Of a stretch of DNA of 64,000 nucleotides, positions 53,180 to 61,000 are shown piece after piece. Source of the stretch: Nitrosopumilaceae archaeon (GTDB lineage: Archaea; Thermoproteota; Nitrososphaeria; Nitrososphaerales; Nitrosopumilaceae). How positions within the stretch are numbered: position 1 is the stretch's first letter; every line of letters begins with the position of its first letter. The DNA is taken from the NCBI GenBank assembly GCA_965208905.1, contig OZ242365.1:1152001-1216000 (forward strand). Direction: 5' to 3'. The notes under the pieces were generated by a model. It was not told where the DNA came from. It saw only the letters and a program-made list of their open reading frames with translations, and did no database searches. The position numbers were made by a program, and so were the translations under genes.

Positions 53180-55596
53180 TGAAGCTGCTATCCTTGGAGC
53201 TGGAGAATATACGAAGTTATCGTAAGCTCAATATATTATTTCCCAGTGGAAGCATACTATTTCGTGGAGATATGGGATCAGGCAAGTCCACGATATTAAT
53301 GGCTGTAGAATTTGCCTTGTTTGGAAACTCTTATTTATTGAAACATTTAGTGTCAAAAAAAGAACAAAAGGGCGAGGTGGTACTGCGCTTTGATGTTGAT
53401 GGCATCACGTACGAGATAGGGCGTGTCATATACATAAAAAACAATAGACCCAGCCAGAGCTCCAAAGAGTCGTATATAATGGTGGATGGAGTAAAAGAAC
53501 CGTTGGCCATCTCAGATTTAAGATCAAGAGTGTTAGAAATTTTGGGATTTAATGAACTTACCAATTCTCGTGCCGACAGCCGGGTCTACCGATATGCTGT
53601 ATATGTTCCTCAAGAAGAGATAAAGTCTATCATAGAAAGCAAGGACCGTGAAGAGATAATTCGACAAGCATTCAGTATGGAGGATTATAATACATCAATA
53701 GATAACATCAAAAAAATTGTAAAAAATATGAAACATACTAACGAAAAAACTGCCATTAGATTTGAAAGGCTAGATGAGTATGTGACCAAAGTACAAGAGA
53801 AGCATACATTACTTGCAGAATTAAACAACGAAATATCTCAGTATGTTAACAGTGAATCAAAGTTAACTGAACAACAAAAATCTATTCAACTAAATATGAA
53901 CAAAAACCGTTCAAAAATGGATGAGATAATAGGACTCCGAAAAGAGAGGGATCAATTAAAGACTACCATATCTGATGACGAAGAAACAAAAATATCATAC
54001 TATGATGATATTAATAAACAGAGATTAGAGTTAGACAAATTAGATGCCACCCTAGTGCAGTATGACGACATAAAACCCCCTACCACCAAGTCCGTGTCCG
54101 ATATTAACACTGAGATGACCCTAGTGCGTAAAAGAGAATCTATTCGCAATACTGCAGTTGAAAAATCTAAGGATATACAACAAAAACTCAAAACAATACG
54201 GGACCAATTAAAAGATCACAGCATGGCAGATATTTCTAATATGATATTAAATTTAGAGTCTAAAATAGACTCAAACAATTTACAATTATCCAACATTAGG
54301 GACACCCGTACTACTATGAATCATGAGTTAGGCGCCCTGAATCAGCAGGCCAGAACACTTACTGAAAGTCTAAGACGTGCATCTACCTTGGGGTCCCGAT
54401 GTGATGTATGTGAGAGTGAGCTTGATCCTGCACGTATACTCACATTAAAGACCACCCGCCAGTCTAAACTCGATGATATTAAAAGCAAGATTGCAGCAGC
54501 AGACAACTCCATTAAAGAGGCGCAATCACAGATATCTGCTATCACCGAACAAATCCAGTACGATACAGAATGTCTATCTAAATACAAAATAATGAAACAG
54601 ACCGCAATAGAGGAGGCACGTCTAGAGAGTGAGCTAAAAACAGTCTCTGCAAATCTAAACCTTATCACTCCTGATGATTATGTTGTGGATGGTTTTTTGG
54701 TAGAGTCTGGCGAGAGCGCCTATGAGTATTTGCATCGACTCTATAATGCCTTACTAAAGTATAATCGTGATATGGACATTCTTGCAGAAAAATACAAGAT
54801 AAAGGCTACATTGGAGACCAACCTTGAAAATACACAAAGATCATACAAAGAGATAACATCAAAGATTAAGTTAAAGCAGAACCGCCTAGACACTGTTATA
54901 TCAAAAATATCCGAGTCTGATATGGTGGAGGAACAGTACAATTCAATGTATCAGCAAAAGTTGGAACTTGACAATAAAATAAAGACAATTGTAGAAAAAA
55001 AATCCGCAACGAATGAGCGTATAATATTAACCACAAACGAGATCAATACACTAGACTCTGACATCATAACAGCCAAAGGATACAAAACTCAGTATGACTT
55101 GTATAACGATAGTATCGAATGGTTGGAGAGATACTACATCCGTTCAGTTATGACTATTGATAGAAAAACCAAACTCTCTCTGCGACATGATTTTGATCAA
55201 TTTTACAGAAAGTGGTACACTATGCTAATCGATGATCCTACTAAATCGTCTATAATAGATGAACAATTTGGCCCCATCATATATCAAGATGACTACGATA
55301 TACCCATAGATGGCCTGAGTGGGGGCGAGAAGACTAGTGTGGCATTAGCGTATCGCTTAGCATTAAACAGTACTATAAGACGACAAACCAACATACTAAA
55401 ATCTAACTTATTGATACTTGATGAGCCTACCGATGGTTTTTCACGTCATCAGATGGAGAATGTCCGTACCATATTCGAATCTCTACGTTGTGAACAGATC
55501 ATAATGGTCTCTCATGAGGCTGAGATGGAAGGCTACGTAGATCATGTCTTTAGGGTGACAAAGACCGAGGGATTGTCTTCCATTCAGCAGATGTGA
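53179..55596 (+). CDS. rad50: Rad50 SMC-like ATPase
   Basis: GDMGSGKST, coiled coils with CDVC hook, LSGGE, ILDEPT. Confidence 0.93.
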   Translation: MKLLSLELENIRSYRKLNILFPSGSILFRGDMGSGKSTILMAVEFALFGNSYLLKHLVSKKEQKGEVVLRFDVDGITYEIGRVIYIKNNRPSQSSKESYIMVDGVKEPLAISDLRSRVLEILGFNELTNSRADSRVYRYAVYVPQEEIKSIIESKDREEIIRQAFSMEDYNTSIDNIKKIVKNMKHTNEKTAIRFERLDEYVTKVQEKHTLLAELNNEISQYVNSESKLTEQQKSIQLNMNKNRSKMDEIIGLRKERDQLKTTISDDEETKISYYDDINKQRLELDKLDATLVQYDDIKPPTTKSVSDINTEMTLVRKRESIRNTAVEKSKDIQQKLKTIRDQLKDHSMADISNMILNLESKIDSNNLQLSNIRDTRTTMNHELGALNQQARTLTESLRRASTLGSRCDVCESELDPARILTLKTTRQSKLDDIKSKIAAADNSIKEAQSQISAITEQIQYDTECLSKYKIMKQTAIEEARLESELKTVSANLNLITPDDYVVDGFLVESGESAYEYLHRLYNALLKYNRDMDILAEKYKIKATLETNLENTQRSYKEITSKIKLKQNRLDTVISKISESDMVEEQYNSMYQQKLELDNKIKTIVEKKSATNERIILTTNEINTLDSDIITAKGYKTQYDLYNDSIEWLERYYIRSVMTIDRKTKLSLRHDFDQFYRKWYTMLIDDPTKSSIIDEQFGPIIYQDDYDIPIDGLSGGEKTSVALAYRLALNSTIRRQTNILKSNLLILDEPTDGFSRHQMENVRTIFESLRCEQIIMVSHEAEMEGYVDHVFRVTKTEGLSSIQQM

Positions 55597-55598
55597 TA

Positions 55599-56039
55599 CT
55601 AGTTGACTTGTATGCTGCTGGCCATCCACGGATGTACTATACAAAAGTAGTCATATGTCCCTGACTCTTCAAATGTATACTCAAATGAGGCATCAATCAT
55701 TATTAAACCAGAATCAAACAATCCGTCAGGAACCATGTCTGTTACACTAGTTATGGTATGTGCGGCAGCATCTGGATTATCCCATCGTATTGTATCTCCA
55801 CTGTTTATTGTGAGTGTGTGGGGAATATAGCATGAGTCATCCTCTTCACATCCTACAACACTGGACCCCTCTGCAATTAGTATTGTATGCGTCTGGGGTC
55901 CCATTACAATCTCTACCTCGGGTTCGGCGACTTCGACTATTATGGGTTCGGGCAGATATCCAGGGTCGAGCCCAATCAAGCCTAGTATGCCTGCTACTAA
56001 AACTCCCATTGCTATGATTACTCCTACAGCAAACTTCAT
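55599..56039 (-). CDS. Membrane-anchored blue copper (plastocyanin/azurin-like) protein
   Basis: N-terminal TM; HTITS and YFCIVHPWM type-1 Cu ligands. Confidence 0.92.
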   Translation of the reverse strand: MKFAVGVIIAMGVLVAGILGLIGLDPGYLPEPIIVEVAEPEVEIVMGPQTHTILIAEGSSVVGCEEDDSCYIPHTLTINSGDTIRWDNPDAAAHTITSVTDMVPDGLFDSGLIMIDASFEYTFEESGTYDYFCIVHPWMASSIQVN

Positions 56040-56040
56040 T

Positions 56041-56529
56041 TTAACCTCCGGTCAATCTCGCAAACTTTTCATTACGACTTAATCCGTCCATAAATTCGAT
56101 ATTGGCGAGAGCCACTACGGCCGACTCAGATACGGGTTTATCCGGATCATCCAATGCCCGCTGTAAAGTCTCTTTTGCTTGTGATGAGCCAATGACACCC
56201 AACGCAATGGCTGCTTCGTGACGGACAAACATACTGGGGTCGTTTAATGTGGCATCTGCCAGTGGCTCTATCCCTTGCGAGTCACACATCTGACCTAAAG
56301 AGAAGGCTGCCTCGTGCCGTACTAACTCATTATCATCATCCTTTAGAACTCGCGCAATATGCTTAATCTTGTCCTCGCCCCCAAAGTCTACCAGTATACA
56401 GGTGGCTCTGGTGCGCACCACATAATCGGAGTGATTCAATAACTCAACAAAGTAGCCGACATCCATATCTTCATATCTCTTCTCCATCTCGGTGAATATC
56501 TGCATACGATCTTGTATTATATCTTCCAA
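56041..56529 (-). CDS. HEAT/PBS-lyase repeat protein with two DOHH-like His-Glu motifs
   Basis: LVRHEAAFSLGQ and FVRHEAAIALGVIG. Confidence 0.85.
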   Translation of the reverse strand: MEDIIQDRMQIFTEMEKRYEDMDVGYFVELLNHSDYVVRTRATCILVDFGGEDKIKHIARVLKDDDNELVRHEAAFSLGQMCDSQGIEPLADATLNDPSMFVRHEAAIALGVIGSSQAKETLQRALDDPDKPVSESAVVALANIEFMDGLSRNEKFARLTGG

Positions 56530-56935
56530 TATAACGGCATTTTTTTGTCACCTATATTTAGGTTCATAAAGAAAGTTGTACACTAGCGTAACGCCTGCTT
56601 GGTGGGGAGATGGGCAGACACAAGATTATAGATGTGTTGGAGCCATTCGAACTATCAAAAAAGAAGTCCGACGTGATGTCTGGTATTCTGGCTCTCTACA
56701 TCCGACATATGACTTCAACTGGCCTGCGCGAGGTTCCCGTTGTATGTAGCATCTAAAAACACCATACACGCGTCAAGGATGGGAGTATATGGTGTACGTT
56801 TGCATGAATTTGTACGGTAGCATAATGATGCTGGTCAAAACATTGTGATCCGTGTATATGGATGGTATCTGGCATCCTTGCAGATTGGCTGAATGATGTT
56901 CAATTTACACTAGGTATTATATATCCGAAGATAAT

Positions 56936-58477
56936 TTGCCAATTATGATGGACTCAAATATTGATGAGACACTGTTGAAAGAGTTTGAACAAAAGATGTG
57001 GTCTTCTATGCCACACATGGAGAATGACTCTAGTATAGTAAACGCCACACCATTGGTGAATATTACAGCTGATCTAAGAGAGTGTGCAAGACAGGTATAC
57101 AAAATTAATCTACCTGATGGTATAGATCTATGGGGAAAATTTGACTCTAAACTTCCGACTGGCTCCATAAAGGTCAGACCTGCAGCATATATAATTCGGG
57201 AGGCCATACGGTCTGGAGATCTTAAAGCTGGACAGACAATAATTGAGGCTACCTCTGGAAATTTTGGTATTGCACTGGGCCGAGTCTCTGATATGGACAT
57301 CAATGTGATATCTTTAGTATCACGAAGATTACAGGAAGGAGTCTTTGAGGAGCTAAAAGAAGGAAATGTAAGTACAATAGATCTCGATATGGACATTTGC
57401 CCAGCCCCGGGGATGAAAGATAGTGCCGATACAATAGCCGCTAAAGCCACCGCCATAAACATCAGATCTCAACTGTCGTCTATGGGATTTGATCCAAAAA
57501 TCTTTGATGATGCATATCAAGAGATCGAGTCACTTTTGGTGGAACAAGATATTATAAACTTGGCAAAGTTACTAGGACGCATATATGGTATGTTTTGTAC
57601 TGAACAGTATGACAATCAGCTGAATATAGAGACACACAAAACTATTACGGCACCTGAAATAGATCAACAACTTCATGAACATAACAAATCCCTCGGAGAT
57701 TACAAGGTGTTCTGTACCTTTGGAACAGGCGGTACATCTGGAGGCATCAGTGAATACATACAAGAGAAGTATGGAAAAAAATCAGTACATGTAGTATTTC
57801 CTCCCGCTGGTCAAGATGTTGCAGGCATACGAACTTTGGACAAGGCTGATGGTTTAGGCCTATATGCTCCTCAAGACTATGCTGAGCAGCATGTGGTTGA
57901 CTTTGAGAACGCACGGCATCTTTTAAAGTTCCTTGTTCAAAGAGGTTATGATATTGGTGAGAGTAGTGCTTTGGCATTATACGCGGCACTGGAACTGGCA
58001 GCCTTCAACAAAGGTAAGAAGTTTGTGGTGATAGTTGCTGATGGTATACAGAAATACAAAAAAGCACTAGAGTCTGGCACACAAGACCTACAGGTCTCAT
58101 TAGAAGATGTATCTTCACATTCGGACGACTATGACAAGATAATTTGGGTGCATCCACAATATACGCCACGTGAGCACGGTGTTGATATTATAGCACGATC
58201 CTTGGGAGTTGACAAATCAAAGATATTCATACCAAAAGCAAGTACTGTAGGGGAGATGTTAACGACACAAAATATCCCTGAACATCTTAAGAACGAAATA
58301 CAGACTTCCAATGGAAAGGCATTACTGGTCTGCATGGCAGGAAAGACATCACTTATGGCTTCCAAGGTACTTGCCAAAAACGGCATAGCGACTCAGAGTC
58401 TTAATGGTGGTATAACTGGTCTACCAGAGAGTCAGAGTAAAAGTCCTGCAGAATATATTCGTCCTGCCACAGATTAG
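56936..58477 (+). CDS. PLP-dependent cysteine synthase-like enzyme with C-terminal rhodanese-like domain
   Basis: PTGSIKVR, EATSGNFG, FGTGGT; C-terminal LVCMAGKTS...SLNGGI. Confidence 0.8.
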   Translation: MPIMMDSNIDETLLKEFEQKMWSSMPHMENDSSIVNATPLVNITADLRECARQVYKINLPDGIDLWGKFDSKLPTGSIKVRPAAYIIREAIRSGDLKAGQTIIEATSGNFGIALGRVSDMDINVISLVSRRLQEGVFEELKEGNVSTIDLDMDICPAPGMKDSADTIAAKATAINIRSQLSSMGFDPKIFDDAYQEIESLLVEQDIINLAKLLGRIYGMFCTEQYDNQLNIETHKTITAPEIDQQLHEHNKSLGDYKVFCTFGTGGTSGGISEYIQEKYGKKSVHVVFPPAGQDVAGIRTLDKADGLGLYAPQDYAEQHVVDFENARHLLKFLVQRGYDIGESSALALYAALELAAFNKGKKFVVIVADGIQKYKKALESGTQDLQVSLEDVSSHSDDYDKIIWVHPQYTPREHGVDIIARSLGVDKSKIFIPKASTVGEMLTTQNIPEHLKNEIQTSNGKALLVCMAGKTSLMASKVLAKNGIATQSLNGGITGLPESQSKSPAEYIRPATD

Positions 58478-58619
58478 GTAGTTAATATACTGTGGAATGT
58501 TCCACTTTGGCATTTATTGATGTATAAATCGATTATAAATTATTAAATTACAAGGCGTATCCTTAAAAAATACACCATTCGCAAGGTTTTTGAAACCGTA
58601 TTGTAACATGGTATGTAAT

Positions 58620-59846
58620 ATGCCTGATGAGATAATTGAGATGCGAGGCCATCTTATTGATTCAATGACATTGACTCGTGTAATGAACAAGATAATTGCT
58701 CGTGGCGGAAGCTATGAATTTTTACAGTTCGATGTGGGTCTCAAAGATACCGACACAAGCTACTTGAAACTTCAGGTAACTGCAGACACCACGACACTCT
58801 TGGATGAAATATTAGACGACATACATAGTGAAGGTGCAATTGAAGTATCGCCAAAGACTGTTATGATAAAACCCGCCCCCAAAGACATGACACTTCCCAT
58901 GGACTTTTACAGCACTACAAACAACGAGACTAGAGTATTCTACGATGACCACTGGATTACGGCACAGAGACAGATGATGGACAAATGTATAGTTGTTCAA
59001 GATAAGACTGCTGTATGCACAGCCATTCGTGATGTTCGTAAGGGTGATGGAATAGTTTGTGGTGAGAATGGGGTTCGTGTAGTTGTACCACACCGCCCTC
59101 GAAAGACATCTGATACATTTACGTTCATGAATAGTGGCAGCTCTAGCGAACGTCCTACTCTGAATATTGCTCGTCGGGTAGCTCAGGATATATACAATAC
59201 AAAAAAAAGTCATGGCCGTGTTATACTGGTGGGCGGACCGGCAATTGTACATACTGGAGGCTCGCCATCTGTAGCTGGCATGATTCGTAATGGATACATA
59301 AATGGGATTTTGGCAGGAAACGCCTTGGCCGTACATGATATAGAAAGCTCCATTTATGGCACTTCATTGGGTATGCGCATAAAGGATGCTACACCCGCCA
59401 GCAAAGGCCATAGAAACCATATGGATACTGTAAATGAAGTGTTCACATATGGCTCAATATATGATATGGTTGATGCTGGCAGATTAAACAAGGGAATATT
59501 TTATGAGTGTGTTAAACATGACACACCGTTTGTATTAGCCGGCTCCATACGTGATGATGGCCCGCTCCCTGACGTTGTAACTGATGTGGTTGAGGCCCAA
59601 AAAGAGTACAAAAAGATGTTGGATGGCGCTACACTAGTTCTGATGATATCCACAATGCTTCACTCTATTGCTGTTGGCAATATGCTTCCCTCTACGGTAA
59701 AGATAATTGCTGTTGACATAAATCAATCCACTGTAACAAAATTAATTGATCGTGGTACGTGGCAGGCTATGGGTATAGTTACAGATGTCGGGGCATTTTT
59801 ACCATTGGTGGTACAGGAGCTTGAGAATCAAGAGTCTACTGTGTAG
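58620..59846 (+). CDS. LOR/SDH-domain (TIGR00300-type) ornithine cyclodeaminase-like protein
   Basis: GHLIDS, DFYSTTN, SSERP, GPAIVHTG, GNALAVHDIE, AGSIRDDGPLP, MLHSIAVGN. Confidence 0.88.
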   Translation: MPDEIIEMRGHLIDSMTLTRVMNKIIARGGSYEFLQFDVGLKDTDTSYLKLQVTADTTTLLDEILDDIHSEGAIEVSPKTVMIKPAPKDMTLPMDFYSTTNNETRVFYDDHWITAQRQMMDKCIVVQDKTAVCTAIRDVRKGDGIVCGENGVRVVVPHRPRKTSDTFTFMNSGSSSERPTLNIARRVAQDIYNTKKSHGRVILVGGPAIVHTGGSPSVAGMIRNGYINGILAGNALAVHDIESSIYGTSLGMRIKDATPASKGHRNHMDTVNEVFTYGSIYDMVDAGRLNKGIFYECVKHDTPFVLAGSIRDDGPLPDVVTDVVEAQKEYKKMLDGATLVLMISTMLHSIAVGNMLPSTVKIIAVDINQSTVTKLIDRGTWQAMGIVTDVGAFLPLVVQELENQESTV

Positions 59847-59962
59847 AAAAAAAATGGGAATTATAGTGATGGGTAGGATCATTTAATAATCCCAAACGGT
59901 GTAGTATAGCAAATTCAGATCCAAGGAGGTGAACGGGTAAACAGGATGCAAAAAATGCGGTT

Positions 59963-60112
59963 TCATATGCAAGTGTGCGATTTAATCATCAACCGAGGTG
60001 TCATGAATGTAAAAGGGAATGAAACCAATAGAATACACGATAGACACAGCCCGTGTATTTGAGGACATGCAGAATCAAACAGATGACATCCACACAGCCC
60101 TACAAGTTTCAT
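59963..60112 (-). CDS. Possible 49-aa Cys-rich hydrophobic cargo peptide
   Basis: MKLVGLCGCHLFDSACPQIHGLCLSCILLVSFPFTFMTPRLMIKSHTCI, preceded by AAGGAAGGTGA 6 nt before ATG; could be a by-product of RNA structure. Confidence 0.3.
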   Translation of the reverse strand: MKLVGLCGCHLFDSACPQIHGLCLSCILLVSFPFTFMTPRLMIKSHTCI

Positions 60113-60199
60113 GACACCTCACCTTCCTTTATATTGTATATAGTGGTTTTGATCATTTAGATACCGTAGCATTATATGTCGCGTATCGTATTGTACAAT

Positions 60200-60273
60200 G
60201 CCATGCGGGTTTAGTAGAAACTTTCACTCGTAAATTCATTAACGATATCCGTATCATGGCCTCTGCGGGTATC
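60200..60273 (+). ncRNA. Cargo pseudoknot RNA, copy 1
   Basis: TTATA at 60172; 5' GCCATG pairs with loop CATGGC (60255-60260); stems CGGGT/ACTCG and GATATCCGTA/TGCGGGTATC; G-U pairs favour the + strand. Confidence 0.7.
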
Positions 60274-60276
60274 ATA

Positions 60277-60558
60277 TCATGTCTTATAACGCATGTCCAA
60301 AACTCGCACTATACTATGTGTTATGTGCAGCATGGTTATCTTGCGTGGAGGCCGTGACTCAAATAAGGCCCTCTCAGACTCTAAATCTTTGACTTTCTGC
60401 AACAATTCCTTCAAGTATGACATGGTTATATCGTCTGCCCGTAATTGATGTGTGTCTTTTGCCTTGTTGTATGTTGTCCCTCTGAATGATGTTACTGTTT
60501 CTATGTTGTCCCTGGGATATTCTGGCAAATTCTCTAGTATGTCCCGTTCCAATGTCAT
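60277..60558 (-). CDS. 93-aa hypothetical cargo protein
   Basis: TTTATAC about 25 nt upstream of ATG (leaderless archaeal promoter geometry); amphipathic helix YLKELLQKVKDLESE. Confidence 0.6.
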   Translation of the reverse strand: MTLERDILENLPEYPRDNIETVTSFRGTTYNKAKDTHQLRADDITMSYLKELLQKVKDLESERALFESRPPRKITMLHITHSIVRVLDMRYKT

Positions 60559-60628
60559 AATGCGAGTTGTATGACAGTCTGTATAAACTCTATCAATGTT
60601 TATAATACAACCACAAGGGCAATGATAT

Positions 60629-60696
60629 GTCGCACGGGTTCATTAATGCTCGTTAAATCGTTGCTGCCGTCCATATTGCGACCTCTGTGGACGGCA
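60629..60696 (+). ncRNA. Cargo pseudoknot RNA, copy 2
   Basis: TTATA at 60600; 5' GTCGCA pairs with loop TGCGAC (60677-60682); stems CGGGT/GCTCG and TGCCGTCCATA/TGTGGACGGCA. Confidence 0.7.
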
Positions 60697-60813
60697 AAAT
60701 CTAAGATATAGCATTACATTTTTGTGATAAAGTTGGTTTACTATGTATTAACTTTGTACAACTAAATGCAAGTAAACATAGAGTTATAACCATAATCTAA
60801 GTATATACAAACA

Positions 60814-60897
60814 ATGGTATAACAGTTCCATGTTACTGCTTCAGATACCATGAGCGGTAACTGTCGCTGCCCCTGTAGATTGTGAGCTAGGGGCAGC
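60814..60897 (+). ncRNA. Two-hairpin structured leader of the cargo tRNA
   Basis: Stems GTTACTGCT/AGCGGTAAC (60832-60861) and GCTGCCCCT/AGGGGCAGC (60866-60897); ATGGTAT (60814-60820) is complementary to loop ATACCAT (60845-60851). Confidence 0.55.
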
Positions 60898-60907
60898 ATC
60901 ATCCTTT

Positions 60908-60990
60908 GTCGTGGTGGTCTAGTCTGGTAGGGCGGCGGTCTCAAAAATCGCTCATTCACAATGGCGCAGGTTCAAATCCTGTCCACGGCG
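60908..60990 (+). tRNA. IS-borne class II tRNA with anticodon CAA on a tRNA-Ser-like body (G73)
   Basis: GTCGTGG/CCACGGC-G acceptor; D-arm GTCTAGTCTGGTAGGGC; GCGGT-CTCAAAA-ATCGC; V-arm CATT-CAC-AATG; GCAGG-TTCAAAT-CCTGT. Confidence 0.88.
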
Positions 60991-61000
60991 CACTAAACAT

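Noticed and set aside
49270-55596. nurA-herA-mre11-rad50 as a novel defence system
   Set aside because: It is the well-known archaeal DNA end-resection cluster
60200-60696. Pistol, HDV/theta or hammerhead ribozyme identity for the pseudoknot RNAs
   Set aside because: CTCGTTAAAT resembles the pistol junction, but the P1-loop pseudoknot and AGCG are absent; no CUGANGA/GAAA core or HDV nested topology seen. A formal Rfam scan is still needed
60935-60951. Reading the cargo tRNA as tRNA-Sec or an opal suppressor (TCA)
   Set aside because: The 5-bp stem GCGGT/ATCGC fixes a 7-nt loop CTCAAAA with U33 before CAA; the acceptor/T stems are 7/5, not Sec-like
60762-60959. 65-aa minus-strand ORF in the track
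   Set aside because: Antisense shadow of the tRNA and its leader
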